Assembly (NCBI RefSeq): GCF_008831285.2
Contig: NC_045138.2
Span: 41,044,001 to 41,108,000, forward strand
Length of the DNA: 64,000 bases
Direction: 5' to 3'
From: Nymphaea colorata
Lineage: Eukaryota
Numbering within the stretch: the stretch's first letter is position 1; every line of letters begins with the position of its first letter. The notes below the pieces were generated by a model. The model worked only from the letters and a program-made list of their open reading frames with translations. It had not been told where the DNA came from and did no database searches. Made by a program: the position numbers and the translations under genes. This document shows positions 1-11,087 of the stretch, one piece after another.

Positions 1-144
1 ATAATCTTTTTGTTTCTTATTATATTATATTGAAATTTATGTTCAATTTGGGTTTTTTTTTTCCTTCTTTTATGGAACGCTTGTTTTTGGTAGTCCAGAT
101 CTAATTTCCAAGTGTTTGGTATTTACTTGTTTATAGGACATATA

Positions 145-502
145 TAGGGATGTTAATAGATCCATTTCAGATCAGGTATGTAACTGAATTGATGAAAAAA
201 ATTAACATCTGATCAAGAAATGAGATTGGATTTTGGATTAAGAAATGTTATCTGATTAAAATAATGTCTTATATCAAATAAATCCATACATTTCAAAGGA
301 CAGTTCTTAACATATCAAAAGTCAGTTCAGATTCAGTTTTATCTTTAAAAGTCGGATTTCCGATTAAGATTGTAAATTTCAAAATCGAATTCAGATATGA
401 CCTTTGTTCATTGCTATTCAAATCCGAATATATGAACATCTGATAAATGAGATACAATAAAAAAGGTATATCAGATTCAGATCAGATCTATCGACATCCT
501 TA
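145..502. mobile_element. hAT-type MITE, family A (TAGGGATG termini; internal ATCCGA/TCAGAT repeats)
   Basis: TIRs tagggatgttaatagatc / gatctatcgacatcctta; flanking 8-mers gacatata / ttcatata (6/8 TSD match). Confidence 0.75.
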
Positions 503-622
503 TTCATATAATGCTCATTCGTGAAAACTATTGAGTATATAATTGTCACCTGATAACACTTTTAGTATTAGTGTTGTAAATCTTGGTTTTCAAAAAGCTG
601 GGCTTCATTTGTGTTTTCTGCC

Positions 623-974
623 TCGGGATGTCAATGGATCAGTTTCAACTTTCAAGATGGATATACTTTTCATTGTATCCACTTTTTCAGATATTCATAT
701 ACTCATATTCCAATTCTGATTCAAATACTAATGAAGAGAAGTCATATCTGAATTTCATTCCTGTTTTGACATTCATATCCAAATCTGAATTCAAACACTG
801 AACCAAATCCGGCCGATTTTCAAAAAGTGAGAGCTTTGGATCTAATCAGCTGTTTATGTATATCTGAATCCGATTTGATTTCTTAATCCGATATTAAACT
901 TTTTTTATATATATATTGTTTTTAAAGCAGTTCGTTTGGATATCCAATTCAAATCAGATATATTGACATCTCTA
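623..974. mobile_element. hAT-type MITE, family A
   Basis: TIRs tcgggatgtcaatggatc / gatatattgacatctcta; 8-bp TSD tttctgcc / tttctacc (7/8). Confidence 0.8.
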
Positions 975-1878
975 TTTCTACCAATAAGATATATCCAGTC
1001 CAGACAGATACGAGACGGATACTAACAAGACTGCTTTTTATAATCAAATTGTTAGCTGACAGCTTCTTTTTTTTTACAAAAAACTATTATAATTTATCAA
1101 CATAAAAGCTGTTCGACCTAACCTAATGGGCTTTAAAGTTAAATACATAAAAATTTGCAATACAATGGATCTTTAGAAAGCGTGATTACTGTTGATAAAT
1201 CACTTGACCTAGCCCTTTAGGTCCAAGCTCACCGATCTCCATAAGGAACGGGATTGGCTCGAGCACTGCCTTCAGATTCAAGCGATCGAGATGATATGGG
1301 CACTAAGCTTACGATTCAAAAAGACATACATACTAAAAGGAAAACATTATTGGTCCTCTTGTTAATTATATATTGGTTTTCATTTACGAGGGATCACACT
1401 GACTTGCCTTTTAGTACAAGCAGCTGCAGCGTTTGGTGTAGAGTGTTGACCACCGCCCAACTAAGCTTTTGTCTCTATTCCTGTCCTTAGACTTGAATTC
1501 AAACTTTAATATTTTTTTTAGATGGTGCCTTAGCGTGGAATCAGCTGTCACATTGAATGGATTTTAGGCAATAATTTGGGTTCAACTGTCAAATCATAAA
1601 CAAACACAAACATGTCTAAATCTTACACTTCGATTCTCGTGGGAGTTGAGTTATTCTTCTCAATGGCTAAAGATTTGATCTTTGCTGTCAAGTTAAAGAT
1701 GGTTTGCTGCTCACTCAGAGCCCATGGCCGCGCACGGAGAATAGAAGGGAAAAGGAGGCGCCTTTGAGCCCCTTCAGAATGGCTGATAACCTCTTGCTCG
1801 ACCTGACTATCAAATCTTATGCAATCACAAACACGTTTAAACTTTAAACTTTTGTTCTTGATTCAACAAAACTGTGTC

Positions 1879-2452
1879 TAGGGGTGAACAACAAGTCGAC
1901 CTCGACTAGTTAAAGCTCGGCTTGTGAAGGAGTTCGAGCCGAGTCATTTGCTTAACAAGTCGAGCTCGAGTTCATGAGTTGACTCGTTTAAACAATCGAT
2001 TTGAGTTTGAGCTCCACACGTAACTGCCGAGTCGAGCTCGAACCTTAATCATGTTTGTCGAGCCTTAATCAAGCCGATATATTCAAACGAGTTTACGAGT
2101 TTGTGGAGCCTTAATGAAGTCGATATATTCAAACGAGTTTACGAGTTTGTCAAGCCTTAATCGAGCTCGAGCTCAACACATAAGGATGAATATCAATTCT
2201 ATTCAAACGAGTTTGTCGAGCCTTAATCGAGCTCGAGCTCAACATGCAATGATGAATATAAATTTTATCCAAACAAGTTTGTCAAGCCTTAATTGAGTCG
2301 AGCTCGAGCTTAACACATAACTGCCCAGTCGAGCTTAAGTTGCTTCCGTCGAGCTATTATTGACCTCGAGCCGGGTCGAGTTTGATGTTTTATTAGTCGA
2401 GCTGAGCTTGTGCTGACTGACTGAACTCAGGCTAGACTTGGCTCGTGTGCCA
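1879..2452. mobile_element. MITE-like element, family B (dense GAGCTCGAG/CGAGTC subrepeats), with internal tandem duplications
   Basis: Starts taggggtgaac and has many GAGCTCGA-type repeats. Internal duplicated blocks (gtttgtc[a/g]agccttaatc...ttcaaacga) lie at ~2050-2330. Confidence 0.65.
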
Positions 2453-5236
2453 TTGGCCCGAGTCGGCACACCAAATCCCTTGGGGCAATTTTATTTTTTT
2501 AGTTAATCACCTACTGTACAGGCAATTAAATGAAAGAAATCCAAGGTTAAGCACGTTTTTTTGTTAAAAAAAATTAAGGTTTCATTTTCCCAAGTTTACA
2601 ATAAAAAATGCTTTTGAGCCAAACTTTGTTTGGAACCGAATTTGTCGACCACTTCAAAACCATGCCTTTTTAAATGATATCATGGATTGCCCACCTATAA
2701 AAAATTTTCGGACCTTCTGCTTCGCCCGGTTCACTTTTAGTTTAATATTGGTTCGACTATGCGGCATCAACCAAGATGGGGAGGGTTCAAATTTGCTACC
2801 CTTCTAAAATTAATCTAGGTCAACAGATCATTTTCCATTTGCTTAACTACCTTTAAGCAAGCAACAAAATTTCACAGCAGCTTCTTTTCATTAGCGATAT
2901 ATAGCATGGAAAATTGCTCAAAAGAGAAAAATTTTCAGAGAGAAAACCTGTCCCGACAAACAGATGGCCTCTCAACACGGAAACGGCACACTAAGATGCT
3001 ACTTTTTATTTTTTATATTTGGTATCGAATTTTCATGAACTTGTACAAAACTTTCTTGGTAAGTGTACTGATGTTTAATGGAAACTGATACTACCAATGT
3101 TATCTGGAACAGACGATACCTATTTAAAAATGAAAAAAAAAGGCCAAAAATCTCTTTTCAACCTCACTTCTACCAAAGCCAAAGCCAGTACTAGCAGGTA
3201 GCCGAGGCAAACCTCTCCCTCTCTACATTCAAATTAAATTGGGATGAGAGACATTTCCATAATGTACAACACGAAGCTTTTCCCCAACACTAAGATCAAA
3301 TGATTTTTCACCACACTATCTTTTAGGGATGGAGCCAGGAAGATGGTAGGGGTTGGTTTTACTTGGGTGGTGGGATTTCCTTCTCATCCAATCTTAGGAT
3401 ATGCTACCAGAACATGATAACTTCTCTTGTTTTGATTCGCCAATTCAGTGTCCAATTCATTCTCATTATACTCCTCAGATCTCCTCAAATCAGGATTTCT
3501 CAAACTCTATTGCCATGTAGCAAATTCGTGTCTGCAAATCAACTGGATGGATAAGTTTAACAACAGGAACTCTAGCGTTGAATGGATTCCTTATGTCGCT
3601 TCGACATTCAAACCCATTTCCAGTCAATTTGGAAAACTGTTTTCCTTGTTTATAAATAAGCTTCAATTGCAATGTATGCTGTTCTTTTATGTGTAAGCTG
3701 ATGCTTAATTTTCTCAACAATCAACTGTACTTAAACATACAAACTCTTTTGATACATTTGTTTAATTCAAAACGGGAGACAATGTGTAAATTTCATTCAA
3801 TTCTCCCAAAAAAGTTATTGCTTCCATATTGTTTCATAGCAAACTAATTGAATCCAAGGAATTTACTTCCTTAAAAAGAAAAAAGAAGAGCAGGTCCGGT
3901 GCCGGAATATTTATGGTACTTCATGTCCTGCAAAACATCTCAACACTCATCAATTCCATAGCTACCAATCTTTAAAGTGATATAAATGCTTCTAGGAAGC
4001 TCTTTTGAACAAGAAGGGAATGAGTAATAAAAATGTTCTATTCACGTGGGTTCTGGTTTCAGTCGAGGTTCAGCCATTAAATGAAGCTGCATATGTCGAT
4101 TATGGTTTCAGACATGGCTGGTCCCAAGCCTCAAAGCAGCACTCAGCTAAGCAGTTGGTCAGCAAGGTAAGCCTTGTTTTGAGCATATGACCATGAACAT
4201 AAGACCAGAGCAAGAAAGTGAGCCGACTTGAGCCAACTCGGTTCGAAACTATCATGGGCATGACTGAAACATTCACAGACTGGGCGCAGTCAAATGTGAG
4301 ACCATCAGCTTGGCTGGCTGTTTCGCAGCCGGCTCGGCCTGTGCCCAACTCCTTAATTTGGCACATTGTCCTAAAACTAACCAGGTTGAGCTGGGGTAAC
4401 CTGCAATACCTGGTTAGCTTGGTCCGGTCCTCGCAGAAAGACTTGAAATTAGGACTCTAATTGCGAGTCCAGTGACGAATAAAGAAGCCAAGACTTCTTC
4501 CTTCTTCCTTGTCCCTAAGGTTTAGGGCTGCATTGGCTTAGGCATGACGTCCACCGGAAAGGAACCAAATACTAGTCTTCGACCCCAGTCTCTGACCGAC
4601 TCACTATGCCAAACTCCTTGGAGCCGGTGACTGAGATTTTAAACTCTCAATATATGGGAAGGACATGTTCTCTAAATAGAATCCATGTTTTGAAAGCATC
4701 TAACTTATTATTACTCTTAAATACGAATGCTTGTATGTACTAAGTCCAATTGTTCGATCGTCTTAAAATTTCTAGGAAAAATAAAACTATTCCAAACATG
4801 AAAGAAATTGCATGAGCTTAAACCAAGACTTGAATTCAAAGGTTTGATTGGCTCTCCCCTTTCCACATCTTTCCCTTCTTTGAAGATTTCTTTAACAATA
4901 CCAATGGCTGTGCAAAACCTCGAGCATTACTTCCGAGGGCCTTTCTGTTGCACTGGATTTTTGTCCCCAAGAAATATTTATTGGAGAAGATTCACTTGGA
5001 TCCCTTCAATCAAAAGGCTGATAACAGTCAGCCAAGTGGTGCAGACCTGGCTGCAATCGTACACAAACACACTGAGCCATTCAGAGGTTTGTCCAGGACA
5101 GCATGAGTCCATGGACCGTCCAAAGTGTACTCACTCTTAAATAATTAGCTTTAAAGAACTTCAAGAACTGGATGAACTGCTTCTGCATTCGACGAAGGAA
5201 TCAATGCGTTTGAATCGGTTTATTATGCCAAATTCA

Positions 5237-5268
<32 letters not shown>

Positions 5269-8200
5269 CTTGAGGTCAGTACTGGTCAAGGGCAGCGTGG
5301 TGCACAGGGGTTTGAGAAATTTGTAAGTAGGAATAAGCATTTTGATCTCACATCTTTGGTTCCTGCTCCTCACGCTCCTGAAGCAGCTGTAAACCCCAAG
5401 ACCGGAGGGAGGGAGGGAGAGGAGCTTCGGCTCCTCTGGTACCCAATCAATAATAGTTATGAGTTGCTTGTTCGGACCTGGACATATTTTAACTCCTAGC
5501 CATGGCAGAGAATTGAGAATTATAAATGACTTCAATTACCAAAACAGGAACCTTGTAATAAATAAGATTTGGCAATAGAGCTAAAAAGTAATGCTTTGGC
5601 ATTCAAGAAATTTGTAAATAGGGACAAACATTTTGATGCAGATGTACGACTCTCTAGTTGACGGTGTACCATTCCCGAGGGAGGAGCTTCGGCGCCTATG
5701 GTACCCCCTTTAGTATGGTTCATGGAGTGCTCAGTTTTTCTAATCCCCTTTACTCATCTGCTTTTGTATATGACAACAACAACTGAATCAATAACAAAAG
5801 TGAAACCAACTGTTGATGCATATAGACAGGCATCTAATTGGTAAAATCTTTCAAATCCCTTTTATACCAATTATCAGGCCCATGTTCTGCGCTGCAGCTC
5901 TTGCGGCGGATGCATAGACCGACTGCCGAGCCCACTGTGGCTGAGCCGGAAGGGCAGAGTCCTGGCTTGTTTAATGGCAAGAGATCTTAGACAGATGAGA
6001 AGAATAGAACTGGGCAAGACCTGCTGTATTTATAAATTTTAGATCATTATCCACTCCGATCATTCTGTACAATACTTGTAAATTCTTTATGCACCGAACT
6101 AAACTGAGAAAACATGCAAAGAGAGAGAGGATAGTGGCCAACTAGATTTCTTCAAAATTCTCCAACTAATTGAGATTGTAAACCTGATAGATGCATCTCG
6201 GGCATTGGATTCTCAGCATTCCTCACCTTGAAGTTTTGACAGAGCTGCTGTCACGACTTTTTAGATGCCGTTTTCAGTATAGTCCACTCTAAAAGAAATG
6301 AACAAATGGAAGCGTCGAGAGGCAAGAAAATGCGGCTATCGAAATTATTCGTGCTCAAATTGCAATTTCTCATGGATGGAGATTTACTTAATCTTTTCGT
6401 CATGATTTCAAGGTGTAGCGTCACTTTAAATTCTTTTGCCAGTCTTTACAGTGCTTTGCTCCGTTAGTTACTTCTGCTCCTAATCTGCAAAAGAACGCAA
6501 TGTTAGAATGAGATAACTGTAAAAGAAAGAAGTTGGTCATTAACTCTAAAATCTTGACCAAAACTTCGATCCCTAAACTCACCCACGGTGAGGATTGCAA
6601 AATTAGACAGTTAATTTTTAGGCCATCACCTTGTAGTTTCACATTAGTGGGGCGTACATCATACGTATGACAAGAAGATCCAGAACTGCCAAAAATAGTT
6701 TCTCCTTACAAAAGATCACAAGGCCCCCTTTTTCATGGTCCACCACAAATGCCAAAACGTTGTCTTACACATGGTACCCGAACTCGTTTCACAGAAGGGA
6801 GAAAATATTGTTGTATTGCTGCGCACCTGCCGAAGAATTGAGTTGAAGCCACTGAAAACAAAGCTTGGACGATGTATACTTGATAATCATGTAAACAGAT
6901 AAAGGAGACACGCAAAGGTAGTGACAAACAAGAACAAAAGAAAGAGAGGTAAGCAAAATAAAAACTGTCAATGAATGCATTGTGCAGAATAATGTTAGCA
7001 GACCATATCTGCTCAACTCTGGTATAGAAACTTGAACCACCTGATGACAGACTCTTGTGGGTGCTAATTCTTGTGTAAAAGGTTGAATCACCAAACTTCT
7101 GCAACAGACCATTTTAAGGAGTTGCGTGTTCTTGGAATATGTCCCAAGGAAAGGACCGTCTTCGCCTAACAGAGGAATCGACTATATTTTGCGAGTTCTG
7201 TAAGCAATGAAATAATCACATCCTAAACTACTAATGACGATATCCATCTCTGATGCTAAACCGCAGAAAACAACAATCTAAAACAGCATCAGAAGATTCA
7301 GAACCAAAGATGGACCACGCTCTGTAAACAAGTGCAAATGGGAAGTACCAGAGACGGAGTGGTGCATACAACCAGCTTCCCTTCCAATTTCATAAATCAA
7401 TGCTATATAAATGCATGGTGAACAGAGCAGGAGACGAGAGCTGGAAATGCAGATGGTAACATCTCAATCATGAGGTACATGAATCCAGCAGAAGCTTTAA
7501 GTTGTTTCAGCAGAAAATGCTCTTATGAGAGTGCACAAAGAGTGTCCAGCAACAAATCGTAGGTGGTCCAAGAACAACATAGCAGTTTAAGCCTGCACGA
7601 TGTCCTCTTGACTGCAGGTTACTGTACATCAATGGAGGAAAGGGAAAAAAGTTACCATGTAAATTTAAATTATTGAACACAGATGCCAAGATTTACAGTC
7701 AAGGAGGCGTTGGCCCCCCGGCAAAAGTGTACCTTTCTCCAATAACTTTAGAAATGGAATTATTAACTGACAGCAATGTCTTCTCCCTCAGGAACTTGCA
7801 TTCCTTGATTGTGACTGACAGAAATTAACCCACCATTTTGTTCGGATTCAAAAGTAGCAAGACAACTCCTGGTGCCATTCTATTGTTCAGGTTTTGGAAC
7901 GGGCAAACTTTGGCCATCAAGATCGCATCTTGAAGAGCCCGGCCTGCATGATTGCATCTCCATGTTGACAGCTCAAGCGATAAACCATTTCCTTAAGAAA
8001 CTGTAAAACATCCAGCCTACACCAAAGAGACTGGTCCATAAGAGAGAACAAAAGAAGATGACCACGACAACCACAATTAATCTGGAGCTGTTATAGGACA
8101 TCTCCCAGCAAAATTACTCCCAGATGGTTAATAAATTAGCATCCTAATAAAAATAAGTCAAGTTATCCTCTTATTAATGGCAAACCATGGCAAGCAAAAA

Positions 8201-9482
8201 AAAAAAAGTAGATGGCGAGACTGGCCGTTTGACATTTTAGGTGCCATGAATATTGAATACTTTAAATTTGAAAGTTTCAAACTAACTCCACCATGGTGTC
8301 AATGCAGGGAACTAAACACTACACAGGTTCTTTCAAGCCCTCGCACATTTGCAAATCTGAGATTCGTCAGTCGCAAGCATTTACTACTGTACAATTATAA
8401 ACACTGTAACTCGTAAGAGTAAACTCAGTTGAAGTAGAACAATAGAACGTGGAACTGGACGACTGTGAATATCACACCAATTCTTGAACAACAAACACGA
8501 ACGCAAAAAAATCTGAAATATGCTGCAGGACATTAAGCAGAAAATCCCTTGAAACATGTACTTTGTGCATCATCAAATAAACCAATGGAAACAACCAAGT
8601 TAGACAAGTTTCTTCTGCAAAAGCACAAGTGATGCAAAACAGTGAACAATGGAAACACCAAGAGAGACGGCATAGTTCCTGCATCTTGCGAAAATTTATT
8701 TTGTAAACCTATGCACGCTTAACTTTAGTTATCTAACATGAACTATTTCGGCAAATTTTGCTGACGATTCTAATCCAATCACAGGGGCAAGGTTTTTCAG
8801 CCAATCATGTATGCGAAAGGAACTGTGCCCTAACAACATGATCAGTCATAATTGGAATATGGGCAAGGGTCGATACTAGCTAGATTACCGCTGCATGTGA
8901 ACACCTTCTGCCAAAATCTCATGTATGTAGCCGAGCTTTCAGGTTGACATGTATTGTTTGAAAGAAAAGAGATGCAAGAAAGAAATACGGAAAGGAACAC
9001 ACCAGTCGTTGCTGCTATCAACGTCCAAAAAAAGAAACATTTGAACAATTATACAATTATACTGCATTGTTTTCAAATAAAACAATATGAGGCGCCGTGT
9101 AGGATAAGAATTAAACCAGTCAGTTATAACAACACAACCTGTGGTCATATTCAACAAATACGATCGTGGACAGTCTTTTTTTTAAATGAAAATGCCAAGA
9201 GAAATCACAAACTAAAATCAAATTGTAGTAGGAGAAGAGTAAATAGACGTGTATAATTGATATAGGATACCATCAAGGAAACGCAGATCAGCAGCTGAGG
9301 TGCTTATTGTTCTCATTGGTAGGAGAGACAGCTCCACTCGAAATTAGCATATATAACGACTTGATATTCAGGAAAATCACACATCCGATTGCACATATAA
9401 GAACAAATATGATAAAATTTTCATTAAAAGATTGAAGCATATAATTCATGAGCAAGACCCAAAATTCCAACCTTCCTTCCTC

Positions 9483-11087
9483 CTAAAGAGGATCGGCTGT
9501 CTGTTGTACATTCCTCCACTGCAATGGAGTTATCTTAAGTGACCGCGAGCGCATCAATTGTTCAACAGACTGTTCTTTCACTAATTTAAATACATCATCC
9601 TCACTATATACTCGCGATAATGGCTGCGATTTCGCCAAAACACCTCTCCTGCCTATCATTTTGACCATATTGCCGCCATTACCATCATCACCACCGCCTT
9701 GCCCAGTCATGATTCTGCCAACGGTGGTGCGTCTACAAGATTTAGGTTCTTGCTTTGGCTTTATCGAAACCACGTTCGCCAACGTGGTCTTGAGCTCGCC
9801 TACCTTCTGCAATTCCACCAGAGGCTGCTGACCCGAAACCCTGCTCCTAGTTCTCCCCGCTGCACTCGCCGGATCCTCGACGCCAACGTCCACTTTTTTG
9901 CATCCGATCTCCACCATCGAGCAAGGATTCAGATTCACCAACATATCCGAGCCGATGGGCTGCAGATTCCGTATTCTCTGAGCAAGGCCCTCCCACATAT
10001 GCAGCGGCATGCTCCGGGAGACCTCTTTGAGCGCCTCCACGACCTCCGCCATAGAGGGGCGGCGCTCCCGGGAGGACCGGACGCAGCGGGCAGCAATTAC
10101 CGCGAGCTGACGGCGGATGGCAGGGTCCCTTGGCGGGCCGATCCTGGGGTCGTAGAGCGCCGCAAATTTCCCCTTGCGGATGAGGGGAATCGCCCAATCG
10201 ATAATAGAGGGAGGGGCGTGGTTGACGTCGATGGCGTGGCGGCCGCTGATGATCTCCAGGAGCAGGATGCCGAAGCTGAAGACGTCGGACTTGGTACTGA
10301 GGCTCTCCGGGGTCAGGTAGGAGGGGTCGAGGTAGCCCATGGTGCCAGCAGGCGGGGTGGCGCGGAGGCGGACGTCATCCTCGACGCGGCCGCGGAGAGC
10401 GAGCCCGAAGTCGCCGAGGCGAGCGTTCCACCGGCCGTCGATGAGGACATTGGAGCTCTTGATGTCGCGGTGGATCACAGGAGGGGAGGAGCTGTGGAGG
10501 GAGTCGACGGCCTTGGCGGTCTGAAGGGCGAGGGAGAGGCGGCGAGGCCAGCCTGGCGGGTCCGGCCGCGAGTGAAGCACGTCGGCGAGGGTGCCGTTGG
10601 ACATATACTCGACGACGAGGAGCCGCTCGTCGGGAGAGGATGGATCGTCGGAAGCGAACCCCAGAAGGTTGACGAGGCGCGGGCTGCGGATGGCGGAGAG
10701 GATCTCGATCTCATTATCGAGGAGGGATATGGAAGGGAGTCGGCTATTGTGGTGGTGGTCGCGCGCGCGAGGAGAAGGGCGCTTGATGGCAACGAGGCGG
10801 CCGCCTTCTAGGACGCCACGGTAGACGCAGCCATGGCTTCCGCGCCCCAATAGCGTCCTGGGCGAGAACCCTTCCGTCGCCTTCTCTAGCTCCTTGTACT
10901 CGAACCTTCTGATCTCCGGGGTGGTGGTCGTGGTCGGCGTCCCCTGTTGCTCCTGCTGCTTTTGTTTCTGTTTCTGCTTCTGCTTCTGCTTCTTCTTCTT
11001 CTTCTTCCGCCTGTTAATCGTGAAGTTGGCCGAGTCGCAGGTGGCCACCGCCGAGTCGGCTCTGCAGGAGAGGCTTAGGTGCCCCAT
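9483..11087 (-). CDS. Receptor-like cytoplasmic Ser/Thr protein kinase (At1g28390/At3g51990-like), intronless, 534 aa
   Basis: The ORF has a complete kinase domain: GRGSHG loop, VAIK, HRDIKSSN, DFG, GTMGYLDP, SDVFSFGILLLE and RPSM. It has no transmembrane or extracellular domain. The N-terminus MGHLSLSCRADSAVATCD matches the MGxLSC..SAxATC start I recognise for this subfamily. Confidence 0.95.
   Translation of the reverse strand: MGHLSLSCRADSAVATCDSANFTINRRKKKKKKQKQKQKQKQKQQEQQGTPTTTTTPEIRRFEYKELEKATEGFSPRTLLGRGSHGCVYRGVLEGGRLVAIKRPSPRARDHHHNSRLPSISLLDNEIEILSAIRSPRLVNLLGFASDDPSSPDERLLVVEYMSNGTLADVLHSRPDPPGWPRRLSLALQTAKAVDSLHSSSPPVIHRDIKSSNVLIDGRWNARLGDFGLALRGRVEDDVRLRATPPAGTMGYLDPSYLTPESLSTKSDVFSFGILLLEIISGRHAIDVNHAPPSIIDWAIPLIRKGKFAALYDPRIGPPRDPAIRRQLAVIAARCVRSSRERRPSMAEVVEALKEVSRSMPLHMWEGLAQRIRNLQPIGSDMLVNLNPCSMVEIGCKKVDVGVEDPASAAGRTRSRVSGQQPLVELQKVGELKTTLANVVSIKPKQEPKSCRRTTVGRIMTGQGGGDDGNGGNMVKMIGRRGVLAKSQPLSRVYSEDDVFKLVKEQSVEQLMRSRSLKITPLQWRNVQQTADPL

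Noticed and set aside
5289..5306. AAGGGCAGCGTGGTGCAC, reminiscent of an Au-SINE/RTE terminus
   Set aside because: The match is only ~18 nt and no element body follows.
9699..10811. 370-aa plus-strand ORF antisense to the kinase
   Set aside because: Shadow ORF caused by high GC3 in the kinase CDS; no recognisable domain.
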